Below are positions 8,225 through 17,750 of a DNA stretch of 37,686 bases, piece by piece. The DNA is taken from positions 1-37,686 of the forward strand of contig CAZQHZ010000013.1 of assembly GCA_964593285.1 (NCBI GenBank). The letters run 5' to 3'. The translations under genes and the position numbers were made by a program. Each line of letters opens with the position of its first letter. The stretch's first letter is position 1. The notes below the pieces were generated by a model. It worked only from the letters and a program-made list of their open reading frames with translations. It did not search any database and was not told the DNA's origin. The DNA is from an uncultured Methanosarcinales archaeon (lineage in GTDB: Archaea > Nanobdellota > Nanobdellia > Woesearchaeales > DSVV01).

Positions 8225-10282
8225 TTACTTATAAATCTGTTTTTTTAATTTATTTAAAATTTTTAATACTTTATATTTCTTTTTAGTTTTATATAATTTT
8301 AAACCTACTAAATCAAATTTAATAATTTTAATAAACCAATCAGCAAACAAATTTTGATCGTTATTTACATATTTTTTAAATTCAATTTTATCTAATTTTT
8401 CAATAAAAGCTATCAATTCATCAATATTTTTAATTTTAAAATTATCTAATGTAACAAAATAATTTTTTTCATTTAAATTATTTAATTTATTTTTTAATTC
8501 GCTTTTTTCATCTAATAAAATTTTTCTTTTAACATCCCTTCGTGCAATATAACCTGAAACTCTTAAAATAAAATGTTTTTTTGATAATAAATGAAATAAT
8601 AATGAGAGTATAAATAACAATAATATCGAAAGAAAAATTATTGTTAACTCATAACCCATATTATAAATTTCTAAATTATGAACCATAGATTTTCTTAAAA
8701 GTTCAGAAAAAATATAAAATGGATTTATTAATTGTGCAAAATCTGCAATATACTTGGGAATTCTTTCTAATGGAAATATTAAATCTGAAATAAAAAGCAT
8801 TAAACTACAAACAAAAACAGATGCAAGCATACTTGTCTCATTTGAATTAAAAATATTACCAATAAGAATTCCAATCAAAGAAAAAACAGTTGCAGCTAAA
8901 AATAAAATAAGAATAATAAGGCTTAAATTATTAAAAATATCTTTTTCAAAATAAAAAATATAAATTAATAATAAAACTAATACTTGAATTGAAATAATAA
9001 AAATAGTAGTTAAATATTTACTTATCAAAAATGTAAAATCGCTTGTTGGTGTAACAAAATTTCTAAAATATGCTTTTGAATTTTTTTCAATATTTACTAG
9101 TGTTGATGCTAATAAAACACCAATAAACATAATTACTAATACAATTAAATATGGAAAATAAAAATTTAACTGTGAATCTTCCTTACTAATTGGATTTATG
9201 TTTTTTTTAATTGGCTTTACTATACTATCAAGCGATTTAACTTGTGTGCTTTCAATATTATTGATTATTAATTTAAATGTTTCATCAATAAAATTAATTT
9301 TATTTAATGTTAAAAGTATTTTTTCTTTTAATTCATCAATATTAAGTAAAGATTTTTCTTTAAATGCTGTTGAAGAATCTAATTTATTTTCAATTTTTAA
9401 AACATCTTTTTCTAAATCTTCTATTAATTCTAAAAATTCTAAATCAACATCAAAAGTTGTTTCATTTATATTTGATTTTAAATTAACAACCCTCATAGTA
9501 CTTCTATCTAATATTTCTAAAATATCATCCTTGTCAGAAAGAGTTAAATTAGTATCATCAACAAAATATTCTATATCTTTAATTAACCTTTCAGTATCCT
9601 CTATTGCATCTTCTGTATTTCTTTTTAAATCAAATATTATTTTATCAAAATCTTGAATTTTATTTATATCAATGTCACTTTTATCAAAATCTGTATTAAT
9701 CAAATTAATATTGTCTTTTGCTTGATTTAATCCTTTCAAAATTTCTTGATTTTCATATTTTAATAATTCAACAATTTCTGATTTATTTTCTATTGTAGTA
9801 GTTGTTTGATTTAATTTATCTAAAACCTGTTTTGTTAAACCAGTTGACAATTCCAAAGCTTTCTCATTAAATTTTGTCTCAATTGAATCAAGTACCATGC
9901 TAAAATAATTTATTTTAGAATTATCTACATAAAAATCTATTTCATTAATCTTATTGTCCTCAATTTTAAAATCAAGAGGAAATAAAATACATAAATGTAT
10001 TTCATCAACAATTATTTTTTTTTTGCATTCATAAATATCATCGTATTGTTGTAAAAAAAAATCTTCTTTTTTTAATTCATCAATAAAAGACATTGATAAT
10101 GAATTATTTAAATCATCACTAAAAACATAACCAATATTTATCCTTTGCGTGGTTTGTGTATTTAATGATAAACCAATAATTATCATTAACAATATTGGAG
10201 CAAGCATTAAAATTACTATTGAAGATTTTGATCTTACAATTAATTTAAAATTTTTAATAATTATAGCTAATATTTTTATCAT
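8225..10282 (-). CDS. ABC-2 type exporter permease with large extracytoplasmic coiled-coil and C-terminal DUF5752-like domain
   Basis: One N-terminal TM, a long helical region, five C-terminal TMs, FISDLIFPLERIP and INPF motifs. Tail FVTLDNFKIKNIDEL...YVNNDQNLFADW. Confidence 0.88.
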   Translation of the reverse strand: MIKILAIIIKNFKLIVRSKSSIVILMLAPILLMIIIGLSLNTQTTQRINIGYVFSDDLNNSLSMSFIDELKKEDFFLQQYDDIYECKKKIIVDEIHLCILFPLDFKIEDNKINEIDFYVDNSKINYFSMVLDSIETKFNEKALELSTGLTKQVLDKLNQTTTTIENKSEIVELLKYENQEILKGLNQAKDNINLINTDFDKSDIDINKIQDFDKIIFDLKRNTEDAIEDTERLIKDIEYFVDDTNLTLSDKDDILEILDRSTMRVVNLKSNINETTFDVDLEFLELIEDLEKDVLKIENKLDSSTAFKEKSLLNIDELKEKILLTLNKINFIDETFKLIINNIESTQVKSLDSIVKPIKKNINPISKEDSQLNFYFPYLIVLVIMFIGVLLASTLVNIEKNSKAYFRNFVTPTSDFTFLISKYLTTIFIISIQVLVLLLIYIFYFEKDIFNNLSLIILILFLAATVFSLIGILIGNIFNSNETSMLASVFVCSLMLFISDLIFPLERIPKYIADFAQLINPFYIFSELLRKSMVHNLEIYNMGYELTIIFLSILLLFILSLLFHLLSKKHFILRVSGYIARRDVKRKILLDEKSELKNKLNNLNEKNYFVTLDNFKIKNIDELIAFIEKLDKIEFKKYVNNDQNLFADWFIKIIKFDLVGLKLYKTKKKYKVLKILNKLKKQIYK

Positions 10283-11267
10283 TTTTTTCTAAAATTATTT
10301 TCTCCATTACATCTTGTAAACTTGGATTTTCAACACTTACATCTATTAATATTTCATTTTGATTTTCAATAATATGTAAAATCTGATGCAAATTAACCTC
10401 AGCATTAATTGAATAAATTAATAATTTATTATCTGTTATAAACATATTTTTTATATCATCTTGATAAGAACCTAGTTGTTTTAATTGATTCATTATTTTT
10501 TTATAATCTCCAGGGGTTGTTTCAATTTTTATTTCTTGTTCTTTTGAATAATAATTTTTAATTTCATCAGGAGTACCAACAATTAAAATTTTTGAATCAT
10601 AAATTATACTAACTCGATCGCATAAAAATTCTAATTCATCTAATAAATGAGAAGATAATATGATTGTAGTTCCTTTTTCATTAATTTGCTTAATCAATTT
10701 CCACATTTGTTTCCTCATTATCGGATCTAAATCAGCAGTTGGCTCATCTAAAATTAAAACTTTTGGATCATGTATTAGAGAACATGCAATATCTAGTCTT
10801 TTTAACATTCCACCAGATAAATTTTTTGCAATAATATTTCTTGATTCATAAATTCCCATTAATTTTAACAAAATATCATTATTTGTTTTTCTAACATCCT
10901 TAGATAAACCATAAAGTTTTCCAAAATAATTTAAATTTTCAAGGCAAGTTAATTGAGAATAAACTGATGCATCTTGTGAAGCAAAACCAAATAATTTTTT
11001 TACATCCATTTGGTTATTAAATACAGATCTATATTGAAGTGAATCATCTTTATAATTTAACAAATGCTCAATTTTAAATAAAACATCTCCTTTATCTGGC
11101 TGCAAAAAACCAATAATTGTATTTAAAAGAGTTGTTTTCCCAGAACCAGACAATCCAATAATTCCAAAAATTTCACCAGATTTAATTTCTAAATTAATAT
11201 CATCTAATATAGTCTTTTTACTAAACTTTTTATTTACATCTATTATTTTAATAATTTTATCAGACAT
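10254..11267 (-). CDS. ABC transporter ATP-binding protein (ABC-2/DrrA-like)
   Basis: Walker A GLSGSGKTT, signature LSGGM, Walker B LILDEPT, H-loop SSH. Confidence 0.95.
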   Translation of the reverse strand: MSDKIIKIIDVNKKFSKKTILDDINLEIKSGEIFGIIGLSGSGKTTLLNTIIGFLQPDKGDVLFKIEHLLNYKDDSLQYRSVFNNQMDVKKLFGFASQDASVYSQLTCLENLNYFGKLYGLSKDVRKTNNDILLKLMGIYESRNIIAKNLSGGMLKRLDIACSLIHDPKVLILDEPTADLDPIMRKQMWKLIKQINEKGTTIILSSHLLDELEFLCDRVSIIYDSKILIVGTPDEIKNYYSKEQEIKIETTPGDYKKIMNQLKQLGSYQDDIKNMFITDNKLLIYSINAEVNLHQILHIIENQNEILIDVSVENPSLQDVMEKIILEKNDKNISYNY

Positions 11268-11431
11268 TACAATTTTTATTAATCTTCTTATTTTTATAGT
11301 TTTAGTTTTTTATCAAAAAATAAAATAAAAAAAATAATTAACACAAATGATATTAACAATAATAAAAATAATATCAAATAAATATAGTAAGTAAATAAAT
11401 ATATAAAAAAATATATAAAAAAATTGAATAA

Positions 11432-12310
11432 CTATATTGTTTTTTTTACTTTCTCTTTAATACTATTAAAAATATTAATATATTCTTTTTTATAATCAAT
11501 TATTGAAACTGTTTTTGTTATTGCCTTAACAAATGCAGTATCAAAAGGAATTTTATATAATAAATCAACATTATTTTCATTTGCAAAATTTTCAATTTTT
11601 TTTGAAAAACCAAAATTTAAATCGTATTTATTAATAATAATTCCTTTTTTTATTTTAAAATGATTTACAATTTTTAAAGCCCTTTTTAAATCTTCAAAAC
11701 CAGAAGGACTAGGTTCTGTTACTAAAATTGCGTAATCACTACCTGAAATTGATGCAATTACAGGACAGCCAATTCCTGCAGAAGAATCAATTAACATTAA
11801 ATTAGCTTTTTTTTCAATTTCTTTTGCTTTTTTTTTAACTTCATATACAACTTTACCAGAACCAGAACTTCCAGGAAATAGTTGTGCCGATACAATTTTA
11901 AAATTATATTTAGTTTTTAAAAATCCAATATATGCATTATCTATTTTTTTTAATTTTATCGCATTATATTTACATACCAATTCACAAACACCACATCCCT
12001 CACACCCAAAATCATTAACTTTTAAAGTTTTATCTTTAAAATTCAATGCATCAAAATAACAAGCATCTACACATTCATTACAACCAACACACAAATTATT
12101 ATCAATACTTGGTTTTTTATTTGTCGAAATTAAATTTTTTTTTATAAATTTTTTTTTAGATGATGAAAATAAAATAGATAAATTTGCTGCATCAACATCA
12201 CAATCCACGCAAACAATTTTTTCATCTTTAGAAAAAGAGATTGCAAGTGCACTAGTAATAATGCTTTTACCAACACCACCTTTTCCAGATAAAACAACAA
12301 TAGATTTCAT
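11432..12310 (-). CDS. MinD/ParA-superfamily P-loop ATPase with inserted 2[4Fe-4S] ferredoxin domain (COG1149-type)
   Basis: SGKGGVGKS, DCDVDAAN, CVGCNECVDAC, CEGCGVCELVC, GIGCPVIAS, VTEPSPSG. Confidence 0.92.
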   Translation of the reverse strand: MKSIVVLSGKGGVGKSIITSALAISFSKDEKIVCVDCDVDAANLSILFSSSKKKFIKKNLISTNKKPSIDNNLCVGCNECVDACYFDALNFKDKTLKVNDFGCEGCGVCELVCKYNAIKLKKIDNAYIGFLKTKYNFKIVSAQLFPGSSGSGKVVYEVKKKAKEIEKKANLMLIDSSAGIGCPVIASISGSDYAILVTEPSPSGFEDLKRALKIVNHFKIKKGIIINKYDLNFGFSKKIENFANENNVDLLYKIPFDTAFVKAITKTVSIIDYKKEYINIFNSIKEKVKKTI

Positions 12311-13134
12311 TTAATCACCGATAAAATTTTTGGAACAATTATTGGCTTACTTTTAGTATAAAAATTAATTATTTTTTTTGAAAAAGGAACACTAAAAACA
12401 ATTCTAGTATCATATTTTTGAACAATTGATTCTATTAATTTTTTATTACCTATATTAGAACGATTTAAAATTACTTTTCCTTTTTTTTTAATTTTTCTAA
12501 ATAATTTTAAAATTATTTCTAAATCATGTGCTCCAAAAGGAGTTGGCTCTGTTACTGCAAATATTTCATCAACATTTTTAATTGCAGCAATAACTGGACA
12601 ATGTGTTCCTGCAGCTGTATCAATAATTATAAAATCATAATTATCTTTTACTTTTTGAATTTCTTTATTTAATTCATTAACAATAAATTCAGAAATAGGT
12701 TGATTTATTTTTAATTCTCCACCCAAAAAATGAAATGAATTATTGTCATTAAAATAAATTTTTCCAACACCTTTATTTTCAAAAGAAATAGCATTTAATG
12801 GACAAATAATATTACATGCCCCACAACCATTGCATTGATTTGGCAAAAATATTGGAAAATTATCTTTAATTGTTACAATTGAATTAAATTTACAAACATT
12901 ACTACACAAACCACATTTAATGCATTTATTTAAATTAAATAAAGGGATTCTTTGTAAAACATTTTTTAAAAAATTTCTTTTAATATTTAACAATAAATGA
13001 TCATTTGGACAATCAACATCACAATCAACAAGTAAAACTTTATATTTTTTTGATAGCTCTAACGTTAATGCTACAGCTAAAGTTGATTTTCCAGTTCCAC
13101 CTTTCCCTCCAGTAAAAGCAATTGTTTTTGTCAT
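12307..13134 (-). CDS. MinD/ParA-superfamily P-loop ATPase with inserted 2[4Fe-4S] ferredoxin domain (COG1149-type), paralog
   Basis: GGKGGTGKST, DCDVDCPN, CIKCGLCSNVC, CNGCGACNIICP, AGTHCPV, VTEPTPFGAHDL. ATG start at 13134 preferred; a TTG at 13149 is possible. Confidence 0.92.
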   Translation of the reverse strand: MTKTIAFTGGKGGTGKSTLAVALTLELSKKYKVLLVDCDVDCPNDHLLLNIKRNFLKNVLQRIPLFNLNKCIKCGLCSNVCKFNSIVTIKDNFPIFLPNQCNGCGACNIICPLNAISFENKGVGKIYFNDNNSFHFLGGELKINQPISEFIVNELNKEIQKVKDNYDFIIIDTAAGTHCPVIAAIKNVDEIFAVTEPTPFGAHDLEIILKLFRKIKKKGKVILNRSNIGNKKLIESIVQKYDTRIVFSVPFSKKIINFYTKSKPIIVPKILSVIK

Positions 13135-13145
13135 TTGAATATAAA

Positions 13146-13868
13146 TCAATGTTTATGACTACACCCTTGTGTTTGCTCTTTTAAATTATTTAAATTTGAA
13201 ATTACTTCTCTTGCTGTTGAATAATTTCCTGTTTTTAATTTTAATCCCTTTTCATTTATTATATCAATTGCACGACTTCCAATGCCTTTTGCAAATATAG
13301 TTGTAGGATTAACTAATTCTTGAATTTGTTCTATTGGATTTTTTATTTTATTTGAATGATCCAAATTATTTTCAAAAATTTTAAATTCATCAGCTAAAAC
13401 ATCATATATCCCAAAAAATGGTGCATGTCCAAAATGTTCACTTATTTTTGAATCTTTTCCTTGATTATTTAACAAAGGAAAAAAAATTATTTCATTACTT
13501 TTTTCTACTTTCTCTTTAGTATCCATATTTGAATTTATTTCTTTTAAATTATTATTAAGTAAATTTTCAATTGCTGTTTTAATACTACCAGATGCATTAT
13601 AAATTTTAATATTTAATTTATTTAATATATTAAGTGCATTTGGACCTATTTGCCCAGTTATTAAAAAATCAATATTTAAATTTCCAATTTGCTCTGCAGC
13701 ACGAATACCAGCTCCATGTCCTTGAATTTTACCATCATTTAAAACAGCTTCAATATTTAAAATTTCATCTTCTTTTAAATCAATAATTAAAAAATATTGA
13801 CACCTGCCAAATTTTTCTTCAATAAAACCTTCAATATTATTTTCATTTGATGATATTGCAATTTTCAT
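13146..13868 (-). CDS. Tandem two-domain NifB/NifX-family (dinitrogenase FeMo-cofactor-binding-like) protein
   Basis: Domain 1 KFGRCQYF...GAGIRAA...IGPNA; domain 2 SEHFGHAPFF...GIGSRA; C-terminal CSHKH. Confidence 0.9.
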   Translation of the reverse strand: MKIAISSNENNIEGFIEEKFGRCQYFLIIDLKEDEILNIEAVLNDGKIQGHGAGIRAAEQIGNLNIDFLITGQIGPNALNILNKLNIKIYNASGSIKTAIENLLNNNLKEINSNMDTKEKVEKSNEIIFFPLLNNQGKDSKISEHFGHAPFFGIYDVLADEFKIFENNLDHSNKIKNPIEQIQELVNPTTIFAKGIGSRAIDIINEKGLKLKTGNYSTAREVISNLNNLKEQTQGCSHKH

Positions 13869-14586
13869 TTTTTAAAACCCCCTCAATATTATTTACTATT
13901 TTTTCAAATTCTTCATTTAATTTTTTATCGTTTTCTTCTAAAAAAGAAACACATATTTTAGAAGAATTAGATATCTTTTTTGATAATCTTAAATTCCCTA
14001 AAAAATTAATATTATTTTCCACACATTTTTTTTTAACTGTACCTGATCCAAAAATCTCACCAGACATATTTTCAATCACTCCCAAAATAGGAACATTCAT
14101 TTGATTACAAAAATCAATAGATCTATTCATATCCATTAAAGAAACCATTTGAGGTGTTGAAACTATAACTACTCCACAAATATTATCTAATAATTGTATA
14201 GCACTAATATGTTCATCACCTGTTCCAGGTGGAAAATCTACAACCAAATAATCTAAATTTCCCCATTTTACATTTTGAATTAATTGTTTTATTGCTTTGT
14301 GTTTTTTAGGTCCTCTCCAAATAATTGCAGAATCATCATTAATACATCCTGCTATTGAAACTACTTTTAATTTGTCAAAAATATTAAATGGAATTATTTT
14401 TTCATCAAACATTTCTAAGGAAATATTATCATATCCAAACATTTTTAATGCATTAGGCCCATGAATATCAACATCTAATAACCCTATATCAAATTTTTTT
14501 TTATACAAAAAATAAGATAAATTAACAGCAATTGTTGTTTTTCCAACACCGCCTTTTCCACTCATTACTAAAACTGTTTTTGTCAT
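13843..14586 (-). CDS. Mrp/NBP35/ApbC-family ATPase (Fe-S carrier-like)
   Basis: MSGKGGVGKTT, LLDVDIHGPN, AIIWRGP, WGNLDYLVVDFPPGTGDE, VSTPQ, GVIENMS. Confidence 0.93.
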   Translation of the reverse strand: MTKTVLVMSGKGGVGKTTIAVNLSYFLYKKKFDIGLLDVDIHGPNALKMFGYDNISLEMFDEKIIPFNIFDKLKVVSIAGCINDDSAIIWRGPKKHKAIKQLIQNVKWGNLDYLVVDFPPGTGDEHISAIQLLDNICGVVIVSTPQMVSLMDMNRSIDFCNQMNVPILGVIENMSGEIFGSGTVKKKCVENNINFLGNLRLSKKISNSSKICVSFLEENDKKLNEEFEKIVNNIEGVLKNENCNIIK

Positions 14587-14588
14587 TT

Positions 14589-15074
14589 TTATGTATTAAT
14601 TTTTCGTATCATTTGTGTTCCACAATTTGGACATTTTTTTTGATTACATGGTAGTCCTCTAATATGTATTTCTTCATAAACACATTTTGGACATACACAA
14701 ATTCCTTCTTGTGCACCATTTTGAAATCCTCTTTTAAATACATATTCTTCTTTACTAAAATTAAGTCCAATCTTATCTCTTCCTGGCATTTTATATTCAC
14801 CCCCATGAATTTTTATAGCCTTACCATTAATCAATGCATCAGTTATTTTTTCTCTTGCTCTAATTAATGTTCTTTGAAAAGTTGATTGATGTATGTTCAT
14901 TTTTTCTGCAGCTTCTAATTGATTTATCTTTTCTATATTTGAAAGCCTCATTGTTTCAAGTTCATCCATTGTGATTTCTACTTCTTCTAATTTACTAAGT
15001 GGTACTGCACGTGGTTTAAAATATGTAACTTCTGGTTTAAAATTTACAAATTTTATTTTTCTTGGTCTAACCAT
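14589..15074 (-). CDS. DUF134 (UPF0251) HTH DNA-binding protein fused to C-terminal Cys-rich zinc ribbon
   Basis: MVRPRKIK, YFKPRAVP, ELETMRL...QLEAAEKMNIHQSTFQRTL..AREKITDALINGKAIKI, then CVCPKC...RGLPC...CPNCG. Confidence 0.92.
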   Translation of the reverse strand: MVRPRKIKFVNFKPEVTYFKPRAVPLSKLEEVEITMDELETMRLSNIEKINQLEAAEKMNIHQSTFQRTLIRAREKITDALINGKAIKIHGGEYKMPGRDKIGLNFSKEEYVFKRGFQNGAQEGICVCPKCVYEEIHIRGLPCNQKKCPNCGTQMIRKINT

Positions 15075-15105
15075 AATGCATAATAATGCATAACTCTTAT
15101 TTAAA
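15073..15105 (-). promoter_or_regulatory. Putative promoter/operator of the DUF134 operon: TATA-like TTTAAATA (15098-15105, minus strand) and tandem ATAATGCATA x2 (15073-15092)
   Basis: A 10-bp direct repeat, each unit containing palindromic ATGCAT, lies between the TATA-like box and the start codon. Confidence 0.5.
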
Positions 15106-15235
15106 TTTTTCTAATTTTTACAAAAAACTTTTTAAAGAACTTCTTTTATTAAGATTATATAAATAAGTAAATAAATAAATAAATAAATAATAATTAATTA
15201 AAATTAATTATTCAAAAAATATGAGGAATTAAAAA

Positions 15236-15502
15236 ATGGATGAACAAAACAACCCAAATGTAAATAATCAAAATGCAAGCAAAGATGAAATTATAGGATT
15301 TCACAAAGGATCTTTAAGTACCCTAGCAAAAGAAAGAGAAGAATTTCAAAAATTATTAAACGTTATTGAACAATTAATGCAAATGCATATTAAAGCATTA
15401 AAAGAACAAGGTGTTGATATAATGGCACAAGCACAACAGCAACAAAACACACAACAAAATCAAAGCAATCAACCACTTGATGACATGTTAAATAAACAAT
15501 AA
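15236..15502 (+). CDS. Small coiled-coil hypothetical protein with Gln-rich tail
   Basis: IGFHKGSLSTLAKEREE helical segment. GAGG SD-like site upstream. Confidence 0.75.
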   Translation: MDEQNNPNVNNQNASKDEIIGFHKGSLSTLAKEREEFQKLLNVIEQLMQMHIKALKEQGVDIMAQAQQQQNTQQNQSNQPLDDMLNKQ

Positions 15503-15514
15503 TTTTTTATTATC

Positions 15515-15718
15515 ATGGGTACAAGATATTTAGAACAAGGATTATGTTATAAATGTAAAAAAATAACGCATGATTATTGTGATAGTTGTTTTATTTTCAT
15601 ATGTGAAGAACATAGATATTTTAAAACCCCAAAATATGGTAAGAAAACATTTATTTTTTGTGAAAAATGCTTTAACAAAAATAAAAAAGTAATAGACCCT
15701 GAGCAAAAAAAAGTTTAA
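15515..15718 (+). CDS. Small Cys/His-rich putative zinc-finger protein
   Basis: CYKC, CDSC, CEEH and CEKC give eight potential ligands in 67 aa. Starts 12 nt after the previous gene. Confidence 0.7.
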   Translation: MGTRYLEQGLCYKCKKITHDYCDSCFIFICEEHRYFKTPKYGKKTFIFCEKCFNKNKKVIDPEQKKV

Positions 15719-15740
15719 AAACTAAAAGTTACAAAAATAA

Positions 15741-17201
15741 TTAAATATAATCTTTCGCATTAAAAATTTGAAAATAATTGGTATTTTTATTTTCTTTATT
15801 ATTTAATGATAAAACAACAATAATATCATTTTTAAAAATAATCTCTTTTTCTAAAGAAAATTTGATAAATTCCTTAATAAATTTATCAAAATTAACAAAC
15901 AATTTAGAATCAAAAAATAAAGTTTCAACACCAAAACTCAATTTTAATTTTCTTAAAGCTTTAATATCATTAGTTAGTGAAATAATTTGAAATTTTGATT
16001 TAAATCTTGAAAACATTCGTGCACTAAATCCAGAATTTGTTGGAACAATTAAAAACACGGGATTTAATTTATTTGACGCATCATATGCAGCTTTTGTTAA
16101 AAAATGAGTTATTTTTAATGAATCGTTTTTATCTAAAAAATAATCATTACAAATGTTTTTTTCTTTTGAATAAATTAAATTATCAAAAATATTTTTAGTC
16201 TGTTTTTCATAAATCTTAGTAACATTAATTAATGTTTTAATACATTCTATTGGATAATTTCCAATTGCTGTTTCTGCACTAAGCATTAATGCATCAGCTC
16301 CATCTAAAACAAGAGTAGAGATATCACCAACTTCAGCCCTAGTTGGTTTTAAATTTAAAACCATTGACTCTAGAATATGCGTTGCAATAATTACTGGTTT
16401 TGCAAGCAAACTACATTTTTCAATTATTTTTTTTTGAATTATTGGTACTTGTTCAAAAGAAATTTCAACTCCCAAATCCCCTCGTGCAACCATTATTGCA
16501 TCTGAATTGTCAATTATTCTAAATATTTCGCTTAAACCAGCCAAGTGTTCTATTTTTGAAATTACACCAACATTAGAATTATTATCTTCAATAATTTTTT
16601 TTAATTCTAAAACATCATCTAAACTTCTAACATATGATGCTGCAATAAAATCAACATTATTATTTATTGCAAATAAAATATCTTTATAGTCTTTTTTAGA
16701 AATAAATGGTAAATTTAAATTATGACTTTGAATTACTATTCCTTTATTATCTGTTAATACTGAATCATTTAATATTTTTAATGTTAAAAAATCTTCATCT
16801 TTTTTTATAACAATCCCTTCAATTATTCCATCACTAAAAAATATTTTTGTATTAATATTAACTTTTAATAAATCAATATAATCAACAAAAATAACTTTAT
16901 TTTTTTTTATAAGATTTTGATTTTTATTTGTTAATTTAACCAAATCATTTTTTTTTAATTCAAATTTATTACAATTAATTAACTTTCCACGTATTTTTGG
17001 ACCTTTTAAATCAACCATAATTGCAACTTCATCATTAATTTTTCTAATCAATTTAATTATACCTGCAAATCCATTATAATTTCCATGAGACATATTAAGC
17101 CTAAAACAATCAACACCCAAAAAAATCATTTCTTTAATTATATTTTCATTAAAAGAACTAGGACCTAGTGTTGCAATAATTTTGGTTAATTTTTTTTGCA
17201 T
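15741..17201 (-). CDS. pyk: Pyruvate kinase
   Basis: TKIIATLGPSS, FRLNMSHG, DLKGPKIR, ISKIEH, IMVARGDLGVE, KPTRAEVGD, DGADALMLSAETAIGNYP. Confidence 0.97.
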   Translation of the reverse strand: MQKKLTKIIATLGPSSFNENIIKEMIFLGVDCFRLNMSHGNYNGFAGIIKLIRKINDEVAIMVDLKGPKIRGKLINCNKFELKKNDLVKLTNKNQNLIKKNKVIFVDYIDLLKVNINTKIFFSDGIIEGIVIKKDEDFLTLKILNDSVLTDNKGIVIQSHNLNLPFISKKDYKDILFAINNNVDFIAASYVRSLDDVLELKKIIEDNNSNVGVISKIEHLAGLSEIFRIIDNSDAIMVARGDLGVEISFEQVPIIQKKIIEKCSLLAKPVIIATHILESMVLNLKPTRAEVGDISTLVLDGADALMLSAETAIGNYPIECIKTLINVTKIYEKQTKNIFDNLIYSKEKNICNDYFLDKNDSLKITHFLTKAAYDASNKLNPVFLIVPTNSGFSARMFSRFKSKFQIISLTNDIKALRKLKLSFGVETLFFDSKLFVNFDKFIKEFIKFSLEKEIIFKNDIIVVLSLNNKENKNTNYFQIFNAKDYI

Positions 17202-17268
17202 TATTTTTAAAATAAATTTATTATATATTAAAATTTGTTATACATTTATCAGTAAATACAAAAAAATA

Positions 17269-17646
17269 TTATTTTTTCAAAGCACTTTGTTCAATAATAT
17301 TTCCAGTAAAAACATCAATTTCACCAAAAATCCAAACATTTTGTATTAATTTAGTCGTATTTAATGATTTAGGATATAAATAATACCAGCAATTTTTTGA
17401 ATCTATAAAAAAACACCCACCATATTCTTCATTTAATTTTACAGTTTTATTTAATTGCTCTAATAAATTAAATGTATGTTCTCTATCAACTAATGGAAGA
17501 TTTATTAAAACTTCATATTCTCTGCAAATATTTTTTTCATCACAATATCTAATTATTTTACTTACTTCACCAAACTTTTTCAAACAACCAATCAAGAATA
17601 AAAAAATAATTAATAAAAAAATCAAAAAAAATAATTTCTTAACCAT
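17269..17646 (-). CDS. Hypothetical lipoprotein/secreted protein
   Basis: Basic N-terminus, hydrophobic stretch and lipobox-like LIGC. Confidence 0.6.
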   Translation of the reverse strand: MVKKLFFLIFLLIIFLFLIGCLKKFGEVSKIIRYCDEKNICREYEVLINLPLVDREHTFNLLEQLNKTVKLNEEYGGCFFIDSKNCWYYLYPKSLNTTKLIQNVWIFGEIDVFTGNIIEQSALKK

Positions 17647-17750
17647 TTATTTTTTTTATAATTCATATTTTAAATGTTTTTGTATTTTTCAAAACAAATA
17701 ACCACTTAAGGATAAAAACAAATAGAAAAATTTTTTAATAATCAAATTAC

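Noticed and set aside
13146..13868. Nitrogen fixation genes
   Set aside because: NifB/NifX-like domains in DUF134/COG1149 operons occur widely in non-diazotrophs, and no nifH/D/K is present in the window.
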